DNA of 64,000 nt, taken from contig OZ251997.1 of NCBI GenBank assembly GCA_965247095.1, positions 2,656,001 to 2,720,000 of the forward strand, given 5' to 3'. Both the position numbers and the translations under genes were made by a program. The DNA comes from Candidatus Multivorans sp. Lineage in GTDB: Bacteria; Acidobacteriota; Thermoanaerobaculia; Multivoradales; Multivoraceae. The notes under the pieces were generated by a model. It was not told the DNA's origin and did no database searches. It saw only the letters and a program-made list of their open reading frames with translations. Positions 9,386 to 19,193 of the stretch are shown piece after piece; the first letter of the stretch is position 1; each line of letters begins with the position of its first letter.

Positions 9386-10806
9386 TGCCTCTGTTCCTGC
9401 GCAGCGCGGGCCTTGAACGGATCCACTTCGTCGGCATCGGCGGCGCCGGAATGAGCGGCATCGCGGAAGTCCTGCTCAACTACGACCTCGCGATCAGCGG
9501 CTCCGATCTGGAGGCGAGCGAAACGACCCAGCGGCTTGCCGAACTCGGCGCGTCAGTCTTCCTCGGCCACTCGGCCGAGAACGTGGGGCAGACCGACCTG
9601 GTCGTCGTCTCCTCGGCCGTCTCCGCCGGCAATGAAGAGGTCGTTGCCGCGCGCCGGCGCGGCGTCCCGATCGTGCGCAGAGCCCAGATGCTGGCTGAGC
9701 TGATGCGGCTCAAGTACGGCATCGCCGTGGCGGGTACGCACGGCAAGACGACGACGACGTCGCTCGTGGGCAGCGTACTGACCGGCGCGGGCCTCGATCC
9801 CACCGTCGTCGTCGGCGGCCGGCTCCGCGTGTCCGGCACGGGAGCGCGCCACGGCAAGAGCGACTACCTGGTTGCGGAGGCGGACGAGTTCGACCGCAGT
9901 TTCCTCGATCTGGCGCCGGTCATCGCCGTGATCACGAACATCGATGTCGATCACCTCGACACCTACCGCGACCTGGCTGACATCAAGGATGCCTTCGTGC
10001 GCTTTGCCACCCGGGTTCCCTTCTTCGGTCAGATCATCGCCTGCGTCGACGACGCGAATGTGCGGGACCTGCTGCCCCGCCTCGCGGACCGGCGGATCGT
10101 CACCTACGGCTTCGACTCGGGGGCGGACCTGCAGGCGCGCGATCCCGAGCCCACCGCCTCCGGCGTGCGGTTCGAGGTAGTGGATTCGGCCGCGGGTCGT
10201 CTTGGCGCGGTCGAGCTGCCGATGCCCGGTCGACACAACGTCCTGAACGCGTTGGCGGCGGTGGCTGCGGCCCGCGCCACAGGAGTCGACTTCGAGACGG
10301 CCGCACGTCTCCTGTCTGGTTTCTCCGGCGTTCACCGGCGCTTCGAGCGGGTGGGCAGTTGGCGGGGTGCGACCGTGGTCGATGACTACGCGCACCACCC
10401 GACCGAGGTCGAGGCGACCCTGCGGGCCGCTCGCGAGGTGCTGGATTTCGCTGGGGAAGAGGGTCGGCCGCGCCGGCTTCACGCCGTGTTCCAGCCCCAC
10501 CTGTTCAGCCGGACGCGGGACCTGGCGGGCGACTTCGGCCGCGCCCTGCTGCTGGCCGACAACGCTCTGGTTACCGACATCTATGCGTCCCGTGAGAAGC
10601 CGCTTCCCGGGGTGGATGGGGGCCTCGTGGTCGCGGCGGCCGCCGGCAGCGGCCACCCCAGCGTCACAGGCTGCGGTCCCTGGTGTACGGTGCCTGAGCG
10701 CCTCCGTCCGGTGGTTCGGGAAGGGGACATGATCCTCACCCTCGGCGCCGGAGACATCTACCGGTTGGCTCGACTCCTCGTGGCGGATGAGGAGGACGGA
10801 AGATGA
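9385..10806 (+). CDS. murC: UDP-MurNAc:L-Ala ligase
   Basis: HFVGIGGAGMSG, GTHGKTTT, EADE, DDYAHHPTE, FQPH motifs. Confidence 0.96.
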   Translation: MPLFLRSAGLERIHFVGIGGAGMSGIAEVLLNYDLAISGSDLEASETTQRLAELGASVFLGHSAENVGQTDLVVVSSAVSAGNEEVVAARRRGVPIVRRAQMLAELMRLKYGIAVAGTHGKTTTTSLVGSVLTGAGLDPTVVVGGRLRVSGTGARHGKSDYLVAEADEFDRSFLDLAPVIAVITNIDVDHLDTYRDLADIKDAFVRFATRVPFFGQIIACVDDANVRDLLPRLADRRIVTYGFDSGADLQARDPEPTASGVRFEVVDSAAGRLGAVELPMPGRHNVLNALAAVAAARATGVDFETAARLLSGFSGVHRRFERVGSWRGATVVDDYAHHPTEVEATLRAAREVLDFAGEEGRPRRLHAVFQPHLFSRTRDLAGDFGRALLLADNALVTDIYASREKPLPGVDGGLVVAAAAGSGHPSVTGCGPWCTVPERLRPVVREGDMILTLGAGDIYRLARLLVADEEDGR

Positions 10807-11732
10807 ATCGCGGCAGGAGTGGGCTGCCGCTTGCGGGACGCCGGACCGTGCGCCGCCGCCGTCCGCGGCCCGTCGTCTGGTTGGCGATGGGAGCGGGGAA
10901 GGTCTTCCTGGGCGTGGTGCCCGTCGTGGCGGTCGGCGTGTGGCTGGCGACGGCGCCGGTGTTCGACCTGAAGCCTGAGATCGGGATCGAGACGGGGGCG
11001 CGCGTGTCGGAGGAGTGGGTGCGGGACCGGCTTGCCGGCCTGGTGGGACGCAACCTTCCGATCCTCTCTCTGGAACGCGCCGCGGTGCGACTCGAGCACG
11101 AGTGGGTGCGTGAAGCGAGGTTGACCAAGCGGCTCCCGAACGAACTCGATGTGCAGATCGTGGAACACGAGCCGGCCGCCGTGTTCGAGTCTGGAGACCG
11201 ATCCTGGATCATCGACCGAGACGGCCGGGCGATCGTGGGATGCGAGCGCGCTGCCGATCTCTGTGAGGGGAGTGCGGTCGCGGTCGCCGAGAGCACCCTG
11301 GTTCGAGTTTCGATTCAGAGCGCGCTGCTCGGGGAGCGTGTCGGGGAGAGTCCGGCGCGGAACCCCGGCGTTACCGGCCTCGCATCGAGAGACATCTCGG
11401 GCGAAGTGCTCGCGCGGACGCTGAAGCGGGCCGTCGATGTCGCGAGCGAGGTCAGGTCGTTCGACTGGGGCCGGGAGGTGTTCGCGGTCGGAGTTCTGAG
11501 CGACGGCGACTATCTGCTCGCGCGGAGCGGTCGGCCGGCGACGGTTCTGGTGCGCGAGAGCGATCTGACCGCAAAGGGCTCGGTGTTCGAGTTGCTGCAG
11601 GCGGCGATCAGGGAACACAGCGATCCCGAGGTCGTCGACTTGCGGTTCAGAGAGCGAATTGTCCTGTCGAGGGAGGCGCCGGGTACAGGCCGCGACCCCG
11701 CCGATGAGATCAATGCCGGAGATCCCTCGTAG
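10803..11732 (+). CDS. ftsQ: Cell division protein FtsQ/DivIB
   Basis: Basic N-terminus, single TM, POTRA-like segment (WVREARLTKRLPNEL), C-terminal VDLRF; lies before ftsA. Confidence 0.8.
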   Translation: MNRGRSGLPLAGRRTVRRRRPRPVVWLAMGAGKVFLGVVPVVAVGVWLATAPVFDLKPEIGIETGARVSEEWVRDRLAGLVGRNLPILSLERAAVRLEHEWVREARLTKRLPNELDVQIVEHEPAAVFESGDRSWIIDRDGRAIVGCERAADLCEGSAVAVAESTLVRVSIQSALLGERVGESPARNPGVTGLASRDISGEVLARTLKRAVDVASEVRSFDWGREVFAVGVLSDGDYLLARSGRPATVLVRESDLTAKGSVFELLQAAIREHSDPEVVDLRFRERIVLSREAPGTGRDPADEINAGDPS

Positions 11733-11748
11733 AGGGGAGGACGAAACG

Positions 11749-12999
11749 ATGCCGAATACGGACACACGTTTGGTAGCCATCGATGTCGGCTCGGCGAAGG
11801 TCGGCGTGCTGATCGTCGAGCGCACCGAGATCGACGGAGAGCCCGGCCTCAAGGTCGTCGGCGTCGGCAGGGCGCCCAACTGCGGCACGTTGAAGGGTCA
11901 CATCGTCAACGTCGAGGCGACGGTGAGCTCGCTGCGGCGGGCTACCGAGGAAGCCGAGACCATGGCGGGAACCGAGATTTCCCGTGCCGTTGTCGGTGTC
12001 GGCGGCAGCGACCTGCGCTCGGCGAACAGCCACGGCACGGCCTACATCGACAGCGGTGACCGGGGCATCTCGCGCGCCGACATCGACCTCGTTCTGAATG
12101 CCGCCCGGGACGTGCCGCTTCCTCCCGACCGCGAGATCCTGCACGCGATCCCGCAGGAGTTCGCGGTCGACGATCACGGTGGCATAGCGGACCCCCAGGG
12201 CATGCTGGGGAGCCGTCTCGAGGCCAAGGTCCACCTGGTCATGGGCCACGCGCCGAGAACGAGGACGCTGATCCGGTGCCTGAACCAGGCGGGTGTGGAG
12301 GCGGCGGAGGTCGTGTTCGAGCCGCTGGCCACGGCGGAAGCGGTCCTGCTTCCCGATGAGCGCGAACTCGGCGTTCTGATGCTGGAGATCGGATCCGGCA
12401 CCTGCGGATTCGCGTTCTTCCACCAATCGGAAGTCCAGCACAGCGGCGTCCTTCCGTTCGGCGCCAGCCACTTCACGGCCGACTTGGCCTCGGTGCTGCG
12501 AACCTCGTTCGCCGGCGCCGAAACGCTGAAGCTCCGCGACGGCTGCTGCCTCCCCGGTTTGTTTGACGGCGACGAGGGAGTGACCGTGCCGAGCGTAGGG
12601 GGAGGCGCCAGCCGGACGATCGCGCGGTCGAGGCTCGCCGAGATCCTGCAGGCCCGCGCCGAGGAGATGTTCCATTTCGTCCAGGTCGAGATGGAGAAAG
12701 CGGGCTGCGCCGATCAGCTCCGGGGCGGAGTCGTTCTCACCGGCGGCGGTTCGAAGCTGGCCGGTCTTCCCGAACTGGCCCAGCAGTTCTTCTCGTGCGA
12801 CGCACGCTACGGAGTGCCGCTCGGTCTCACCAGCGAGATCGAGGGTCTTACCGATCCGACATGGGCGACCGCCGCGGGCCTTGTGCGTTACGCCGTCGCC
12901 GCGGAGCAGGCCCGATTGCCGCTCGTGCGCCAGGGCTCCGTTCGCGGAGTGCGCGGGGTGATGGGCAGCCTGCGACAGATGTTCAGCGATCTTCTCTGA
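11749..12999 (+). CDS. ftsA: Cell division protein FtsA
   Basis: IDVGSAK, GVVLTGGG, amphipathic C-terminal helix; SD GGAGG before ATG 11749. Confidence 0.95.
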   Translation: MPNTDTRLVAIDVGSAKVGVLIVERTEIDGEPGLKVVGVGRAPNCGTLKGHIVNVEATVSSLRRATEEAETMAGTEISRAVVGVGGSDLRSANSHGTAYIDSGDRGISRADIDLVLNAARDVPLPPDREILHAIPQEFAVDDHGGIADPQGMLGSRLEAKVHLVMGHAPRTRTLIRCLNQAGVEAAEVVFEPLATAEAVLLPDERELGVLMLEIGSGTCGFAFFHQSEVQHSGVLPFGASHFTADLASVLRTSFAGAETLKLRDGCCLPGLFDGDEGVTVPSVGGGASRTIARSRLAEILQARAEEMFHFVQVEMEKAGCADQLRGGVVLTGGGSKLAGLPELAQQFFSCDARYGVPLGLTSEIEGLTDPTWATAAGLVRYAVAAEQARLPLVRQGSVRGVRGVMGSLRQMFSDLL

Positions 13000-13040
13000 T
13001 CTTGAGTTACTGAACCGGAGGGTTCGAAAGGGAGAGTGCC

Positions 13041-14321
13041 ATGATTCTGATGGAAGAGCAGCAGCCGGCCGCGATGGAGCCGACGATCGACGATGCGGCT
13101 TCCTCCGAGGAGAGCTTCGGCCCGGCCAAGATCAAGGTCGTCGGTGTCGGCGGCGGCGGCGGCAATGCCGTCAACCGGATGATCGCCAGCAGTCTGAGCG
13201 GCATCGAGTTCATCGCGGCCAACACCGACCTGCAGGCGCTGAGGCGCTGCGAAGCGGAGACGAAGTTGCAGCTCGGCCGCAAGATCACGCGCGGCCTGGG
13301 CGCCGGGGCCGACCCGGACATCGGACGCAACTCGGCGCTGGAGGACACGGACAAGATCCTCGATGTGCTGAGCGGCGCCGACATGGTTTTCCTGGCGGCC
13401 GGACTCGGCGGCGGAACCGGCACGGGCGCGGTGCCCATCATCGGTTCCCTGGCAGCCGAGGTCGGAGCTCTGACCGTGGCGGTGGTCACGAAGCCGTTCG
13501 CCTTCGAGGGCCGGCGGCGGATGCTGATCGCGGAGCGCGGTCTGGAAGAGCTGCACAAGGCGGTCGACACGGTCATCGCGATCCCGAACGAGCGGCTGCT
13601 GAGCTTCGTCGATCGGGGCACGTCGCTTTCGGATGCCTTCCTCACCGCCGACGACGTTCTGCGCCAGTCGGTTCAGGGCATCAGCGACCTGATCACGATG
13701 CCCGGCGAGGTGAACGCCGACTTCGCGGACGTGCGGGCGATCATGTGCGGTCAGGGGATCGCGGTGATGGGCACCGGCCTGGCGTCGGGCGACAACCGTG
13801 CGCTCGAGGCGGCGCAGCGCGCCGTGTCCTCGCCTCTGCTCGAGGACGCCTCGATCGAGGGCGCCAGGGGCTGCCTGATCAACATCACGGGCGGCAGTTC
13901 GCTGACGCTCCACGAGGTAGCCGAAGCGGCCCGCATGGTCACCGAGGCGGTGGATCCGAACGCGAACATCATCTCCGGTCTGGTGGTCGACGAGACGATG
14001 GACGAGGAGATGAAGGTCACCGTGATCGCGACCGGCTTCGCCGAGGATCGGAAGCCTCGCCCGGGCGGCTCGGAATTGATGCCTGAGGGCGCCGGGACCG
14101 ATGAGGCTGCGGATTCGCCCGAGGGTCTCGCTGCCGCCGGGCAGGCGGCGGACGCGGCTCTCAAGGGGGACTCGCCCGCGGACAAGGCCGCCGACGACGC
14201 GGGCTTCCGCGATCGGCTGCTCGCCGAGCGCCACAAGATCGATCCGGGTGGCTTCGGACCGAACTGGCGCAACGTCGACGACTACGACATCCCGACGGTG
14301 CTGCGCAAGCAGATGGACTGA
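13041..14321 (+). CDS. ftsZ: Cell division protein FtsZ
   Basis: [19 protein letters not shown] tubulin signature, NADFAD, C-terminal DIPTVLR. Confidence 0.98.
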   Translation: MILMEEQQPAAMEPTIDDAASSEESFGPAKIKVVGVGGGGGNAVNRMIASSLSGIEFIAANTDLQALRRCEAETKLQLGRKITRGLGAGADPDIGRNSALEDTDKILDVLSGADMVFLAAGLGGGTGTGAVPIIGSLAAEVGALTVAVVTKPFAFEGRRRMLIAERGLEELHKAVDTVIAIPNERLLSFVDRGTSLSDAFLTADDVLRQSVQGISDLITMPGEVNADFADVRAIMCGQGIAVMGTGLASGDNRALEAAQRAVSSPLLEDASIEGARGCLINITGGSSLTLHEVAEAARMVTEAVDPNANIISGLVVDETMDEEMKVTVIATGFAEDRKPRPGGSELMPEGAGTDEAADSPEGLAAAGQAADAALKGDSPADKAADDAGFRDRLLAERHKIDPGGFGPNWRNVDDYDIPTVLRKQMD

Positions 14322-14456
14322 GCTGGGAAGGGGGTCCGTGAGAGGCCGTACAGCCTGAGAGAAGCCCCTAAGTCAAGCAAGCGAGAGACTTACACGGCGC
14401 GCCGACCGACTTTCTCCTTAGGCGACGCTTCCGCTGCAAGAATGCCTGGAGAACTC

Positions 14457-14465
14457 TGCTAAACT
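14457..14465 (+). promoter_or_regulatory. Putative extended -10 promoter (TGcTAAACT) for the 14510-15394 gene pair
   Basis: TGnTAnnnT match about 45 nt upstream of SD GAGGAG and ATG 14510. Confidence 0.45.
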
Positions 14466-14509
14466 GACAGATTGCCATGTGACCGACGACTGAACCGAGG
14501 AGTGAGAAC

Positions 14510-14707
14510 ATGCCGAAAGAGAAGTCTGCCAGCGCCGACACGCCGAAAGAGCAAAGCGGAGTCGAACTCTACGTGACGAGTCAAGGCGCATGGGGGATCA
14601 AGGACAAAGAAGCTTTCTATCGTAGAGACGACGTGCGAAAGTCCTTTGAGACAGCCTCCCGAATCGTCAAGCAGCAGCGTGACGCGAAGGCCAAGAGCGG
14701 ACAGTAG
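14510..14707 (+). CDS. Small hypothetical protein (65 aa)
   Basis: Strong SD (GAGGAG), lower GC than host genes, immediately upstream of a membrane-protein gene. Confidence 0.7.
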   Translation: MPKEKSASADTPKEQSGVELYVTSQGAWGIKDKEAFYRRDDVRKSFETASRIVKQQRDAKAKSGQ

Positions 14708-14722
14708 CGGCGCGTCGACGGT

Positions 14723-15394
14723 ATGGGACTTGGTCTACTCCTCATCCCAGCCTTGGGTGGCTACTGGCTGCTCACCCACTCCAACCGCTGGAAGTTCACG
14801 GTACTGCTGCAGTCCGGCTATCACGTCTTCTTTCGTTCGGCCGCCAGCGGCCTTGCACTGTTTTCTGCATCCTACGTTCTCGCATTGGTTCTCCCGGGAC
14901 TGGAACGCCTCGGCTCTGTCTTGAAGATAGAACCGGATCACACCGAGTTCGTCCTAGCGATAGTCTTCAGCGCCCTTCTCGCTCTGGCCGTTCCACCCAC
15001 ACTCAATCTGCGCTTTACGGTATTGAAGGGGGCCATCCGCGCCGCCGAGGCCCGTAACGATCTAATCGAGCTGACCCTGCAGCGGGCGGCGCAGATGCCG
15101 ATGACAGTGGAGATCTCACTTCGCAGCGGGAAGTCCTATGTCGGCTGGGTGTTGGACAGCGCCATCTTTCGTTACGGCGGGGCGGACGCCGATATCTCTT
15201 TGCTGCCAACGACTAGTGGCCATCGGGATCCCGAGAACCAACAGCTCCACTTTACGACTGACTACGACAAGTTCTATGATTTCTATGACGCAATTGGCGA
15301 TCCCGGCCGTATGAGGCTCGCCATACCGCTCTCCGAAGTACTCAGCGCAAGGCTGTTCGACATGGACCTCTATGAGGCGGCACGCGCAGGTTGA
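14723..15394 (+). CDS. Hypothetical membrane protein (about 3 N-terminal TM helices plus soluble C-terminal beta domain, LRSGKSYVG)
   Basis: Hydrophobic segments, atypical codon usage, no recognisable catalytic motif. Confidence 0.75.
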   Translation: MGLGLLLIPALGGYWLLTHSNRWKFTVLLQSGYHVFFRSAASGLALFSASYVLALVLPGLERLGSVLKIEPDHTEFVLAIVFSALLALAVPPTLNLRFTVLKGAIRAAEARNDLIELTLQRAAQMPMTVEISLRSGKSYVGWVLDSAIFRYGGADADISLLPTTSGHRDPENQQLHFTTDYDKFYDFYDAIGDPGRMRLAIPLSEVLSARLFDMDLYEAARAG

Positions 15395-15479
15395 CGCGGC
15401 CCCCTCTCTGCCAACGTACGTGACACAGCGGCCATCCCGTTGAATAGTGGAGGGCACACGTTGGCGGCAAGGAGGATCA

Positions 15480-15964
15480 ATGTCAAGACGAGAGCAGAGG
15501 TTTGGCGGCGGCTCGGAGCTCCCGGCCGCGGGTGTTGAGGAGCGTAGCGACGAGGCCCCCGCGGCCGGCGCGGCGCCCGCCGGGGCGGTTCCCGACCCGG
15601 AAGTGCTGGCGAGACCGACCAGGCGGCAGTTCACGGCGGAGTACCGGCTGCGGATCTGGAGGAAGCGGACCGATGCACCCACCGCGGCGAGGTGGGTCGG
15701 CTGCTGCGGCGAGAGGGTCTGTACAGCTCCCATCTGGCCAACTGGCGCAAGGCGCGGCGCGAGGGCGCGCTTTCCGGTCTGAGGCCGAAGAAGCGGGGCC
15801 GCAAGCCGAACGAGGCCAACCCTCTGATGCCGAAGGTGAAGCGGCTGGAAGCGAAGGTCAAGCGGCTCGAGAGGGAAGTCGCCGCCGCGCACACGATCCT
15901 GGACGTCCAGGGAAAAGTTGCAGGGCTGCTGGGATTCAGCCTCGAAGACGGGAAGGACTGCTGA
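15480..15964 (+). pseudogene. IS3 orfA (HTH), split by an apparent 1-nt deletion near 15656
   Basis: RRQFTAEYRLRI continues as (L)EEADRCTHRGEVGRLLRREGLYSSHL only after a frame change (atctgg where atcctgg is expected). Confidence 0.8.
15910..15916 (+). promoter_or_regulatory. Putative -1 programmed ribosomal frameshift heptamer G GGA AAA
   Basis: X XXY YYZ motif in the orfA frame; orfB is open in the -1 frame across it, as in IS3-family OrfAB fusions. Confidence 0.7.
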
Positions 15965-16962
15965 TGGCGGCAAGGTCCCTGGCCCGGCAGGTCGGCGTCG
16001 CGCCGGCGTGCCGGGCGCTGGGCGTATCGCGATCGACCTTCTATCGTCGTGCGAGGCCCGCTCCCGGGCGACGGCAGCCCCGCCCCACGCCTGCCCGGGC
16101 ACTGAGCCAGATCGAGCGGAAACGGGTCGAGGCCACGCTTGCGTCGCCGCGTTTCGTCGATCGTTCGCCAGGAGAAGTGGTGGCCACCCTGCTCGACGAG
16201 GGCCGCTACCTGTGCTCGGAGCGCACGATGTACCGCATCCTCGAAGCGAACCACCCCGTGAGGGACCGCCGCAATCAGCGCGTCCATCCGTCGTACGCCA
16301 AGCCGGAGCTGGTCGCTGTCGCGCCCAACCAGGTCTGGTCGTGGGACATCACCAGGCTGCTCGGACCGCAGACCTGGACCTACTACTACCTCTACGTCCT
16401 GCTTGACCTCTTCAGCCGCTACGCGGTCGGCTGGATGGTCGCCGACCGCGAGAACTCCGCGCTCGCCCAAAGGCTCATCGAGGAGACCTGCCTCAAGCAC
16501 GGCGTCAAGCCCCATGTCCTGACCCTGCATTCCGATCGAGGCGCCCCCATGACCAGCCAGGGTACCGCCCAACTGCTCGCCCGCCTCGGCGTGAACCGGT
16601 CCCTGGGCCGCCCGCGGGTCAGCGACGACAACCCCTACTCCGAAGCACAGTTCAAGACCCTCAAGTACCACCCCGACTTCCCCAGCCGCTTCCCCAACCA
16701 GGACGCCGCGACCGACTACTGCAGGTCCTTCTTCCCCTGGTACAACACGGAACACCGCCATGCCGGCATCGCCATGCTGACCCCCGAGACCGTCCACTAC
16801 GGCCGGGCGCAAGCCGTGATCGAGCAGCGCCAACGCACGCTGAGCGCCGCCTGGGAAAGCTCCCCCGAACGATTCGTCGGCGGCCAACCGATGCACACGC
16901 CACTGCCCCAGGCCGTCTGGATCAACAAGCCCGACAACGAGACTGCAGAGACGACTCAGTAA
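15964..16962 (+). CDS. IS3-family transposase OrfB (DDE integrase core)
   Basis: PNQVWSWDIT (D), HSDRG (D), NPYSEAQFKTLK (E), YNTEHRH. Confidence 0.92.
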   Translation: MAARSLARQVGVAPACRALGVSRSTFYRRARPAPGRRQPRPTPARALSQIERKRVEATLASPRFVDRSPGEVVATLLDEGRYLCSERTMYRILEANHPVRDRRNQRVHPSYAKPELVAVAPNQVWSWDITRLLGPQTWTYYYLYVLLDLFSRYAVGWMVADRENSALAQRLIEETCLKHGVKPHVLTLHSDRGAPMTSQGTAQLLARLGVNRSLGRPRVSDDNPYSEAQFKTLKYHPDFPSRFPNQDAATDYCRSFFPWYNTEHRHAGIAMLTPETVHYGRAQAVIEQRQRTLSAAWESSPERFVGGQPMHTPLPQAVWINKPDNETAETTQ

Positions 16963-17106
16963 ATCCAGAACCCCGCTGTGTCAATGTCGTTGACAGGTTC
17001 CGGCCCGCCCACTAGTAGCAGTACGGATCAGATGCCGCGCTGCCGCGGGGAGCCTTTCGCTCGGCCCGACCACGCGGGCGCCGGCGAGTCGGACCGCTCC
17101 GCAGGC

Positions 17107-19053
17107 CTACATCCTTTCTGGCAACGGCACGCCGAGAATCGCGGCCAGCGCTTCGAGGGAACGCACGAAGATCTGCGTGGCGGCGAGACGCGCGTCGCGG
17201 AGATCGGCGTCCTGCTCGTGCAGGATGGGATGGCGGTGGTAGATGGCGTGGAACTTCTGCGCCAGGTCCAGCCCGTGCCTGGCGATCAGGGACAGTTCCA
17301 GGGTGGCCGCGGCGCGCTCGACGGTGTCCTGGCATTGCGAGGCGAGCAGAACCAGGTCCCAGAGATCGTCGGGCCATGCCTCGGTGGGAAGTTCCGCGGC
17401 GCGGCGCCCGCTCACTTCCTGCGGCAGGCCCTCTTCCACCAGGCGGCGGCGGATGTTCCGGGCGCGCACGATGGAGTACTGCAGGTACGGCCCCGTCTCG
17501 CCCTCGAAGGCCGTGGCTTCGTCGATGTCGAAGGCGATCACCCGGGTCGTGGTTGCCCGCACCATGAAGAAGCGCAGCGCCGCGGTGGCGATCTGGCGTG
17601 CCAGTAGCTCGGCGGCCTGGTCGTTCGCGTCAACGGCGTCGGATTCGCCGCGGCGGGCTGCGATCTCAGCCCGGCTCTTCGCCTCGAGATGGTCGAGCAG
17701 GTCGTCCGCCTTGACGCCGATGCCCTTGCGACCGGACATCTCCAGCCGCGCGGCGCCGCTGAAGCCGAGTTGTTCCGCGGTCCGGGCGGACAGGGCGACC
17801 ATCTCGTAGGCGAAGTGGACGCTCTCGCCGGCCTGGCGCGTGTGACCGAGCGCTTCCAGACCGGCGCGAACGATCCGCTGCAGGTAGGCCTGGCGGGCGT
17901 CGATCACGTTGATCACCCGGGCGCCGGCGCCGAACGCCGGCGCCTGTTCCCGCTCCGGGCCGCTCTGTGTGCTGGCCGGCGCGGTTTCCCACAAGGGTCC
18001 GTCGTCGAACCGGTTGTACTCGAAATCGCGGCCGAGCAGGCCGAACTTCCAAAGCTGGTACGCGATGTCCTTGCCCACGTAGGTCACCGTGCCGTCGGAC
18101 CGCACGATCACCTTGTCCGGATCCTCGAGACCCTGGAACTCCTCGCTCTCGGACAGCGGCATGACCCAGCAGCCGGCGTTCTTTCCGGTCTCCTCGAACC
18201 GCACCGCGCCGCTCTCCTTGAGTTGCTCGAAGGCGGCGACGAAGAAGTCCAGGCGCAGGATCTCGCTTTCCCGGGTCAAGAGGTCGTAGTCGATGTCGAG
18301 GCGGCGCATCGTCGCCAGGTGGCGGCTGACGACTCGTCGCGCGACCAGGCGGCCGGCCTCCGCCCTCCGGCCGTGGCCCGCTTCCAGGGCGTGGAGAGTG
18401 GTGCGCCGGAGCTCCAGCCGTTCGGGATCCGCTTCGTACCAGGGGCCGACCTCGCTGTAGACGTCCCAGCAGATGTAGTCGAACGGCTCGGGGAAGGCCT
18501 CGATGTCGGCCACCGAGCAGCCCCGGAGATCGAGAAAGCCGATCACCACGTCGGCGACCTGGACCCCGGTGTCGTCGATGTAGTTCTGGACTTCGGTGGT
18601 GCGTCCGAGAGCGCGGAGCGCGCGGGCCAGGACATCGCCGAGGACGGCGTTGCGCAGGTGGCCTATGTGTGCCGCCTTGTTCGGATTGATGTTCGTGTGC
18701 TCGACGATGACCTTCGCTGGCTGATCGCCGTCGCGCGAGGGCGCGACCGGAACCGCGTCGAGCATCGCGGCCGCGAATCCGGTCCGGTCGAGGTGGAAGT
18801 TGACGTAGCCCGGGCCTTCGACGGTGACCCGGTCGAATCCCGGCGGCACGTCCATGGCCTCGACCAGACGTTCCGCGATCGCGCGCGGCGCCTGGCGGAG
18901 TTCGCGCGCGAGGTGAAGAGCGCAGGGGCTCGCGAGGTCGCCCAGCCGCCGCTGGGGCGGTACTTCGACGGTCGGGTCGTGATCGAGCCCGAAGGCGTTG
19001 GAAAGGGCGCTTCGCAGCGCGTCGGCGACCAGGGATCTCTTGCGCTGCAGCAT
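17107..19053 (-). CDS. argS: Arginine--tRNA ligase
   Basis: NPNKAAHIGH, MSGRKG, GETGPYLQY, C-terminal PERM. Start placed at ATG 19053 just downstream of a TACACT -10. Confidence 0.95.
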   Translation of the reverse strand: MLQRKRSLVADALRSALSNAFGLDHDPTVEVPPQRRLGDLASPCALHLARELRQAPRAIAERLVEAMDVPPGFDRVTVEGPGYVNFHLDRTGFAAAMLDAVPVAPSRDGDQPAKVIVEHTNINPNKAAHIGHLRNAVLGDVLARALRALGRTTEVQNYIDDTGVQVADVVIGFLDLRGCSVADIEAFPEPFDYICWDVYSEVGPWYEADPERLELRRTTLHALEAGHGRRAEAGRLVARRVVSRHLATMRRLDIDYDLLTRESEILRLDFFVAAFEQLKESGAVRFEETGKNAGCWVMPLSESEEFQGLEDPDKVIVRSDGTVTYVGKDIAYQLWKFGLLGRDFEYNRFDDGPLWETAPASTQSGPEREQAPAFGAGARVINVIDARQAYLQRIVRAGLEALGHTRQAGESVHFAYEMVALSARTAEQLGFSGAARLEMSGRKGIGVKADDLLDHLEAKSRAEIAARRGESDAVDANDQAAELLARQIATAALRFFMVRATTTRVIAFDIDEATAFEGETGPYLQYSIVRARNIRRRLVEEGLPQEVSGRRAAELPTEAWPDDLWDLVLLASQCQDTVERAAATLELSLIARHGLDLAQKFHAIYHRHPILHEQDADLRDARLAATQIFVRSLEALAAILGVPLPERM

Positions 19054-19193
19054 TGGAGGGGCGGAGTGTACCGAAGGCGGGCAATGGGCTCCGGTAGCAT
19101 GTTCACTGATCCAGGGAGCGCCGTGAACGAGAACCGCCATAGCCCCGCCCGGTCGGCCCGACTCCCGCTGGAACCCAGCACCGGGTTGGCGCC

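Larger units (their letters stand above)
15409..16995 (+). mobile_element. IS3-family insertion sequence (about 1.59 kb between inverted repeats)
   Basis: IRL TGCCAACGTACGTGACACAGCGG (from 15409) matches the reverse complement of IRR, TGTCAACGACATTGACACAGCGG (ends 16995). orfA/orfB organisation with a DDE integrase. Confidence 0.92.

Noticed and set aside
14414-14423. CTCCTTAGGC shared with 48151-48160 at two island edges
   Set aside because: Only 10 bp, 34 kb apart and flanking core genes; compatible with chance, and no integrase is present.
16990-17018. Hybrid outward promoter from the IS right end (TTGACA-17-TAGTAG), antisense to argS
   Set aside because: The -10 element is poor and lacks the conserved final T; not supportable from sequence alone.
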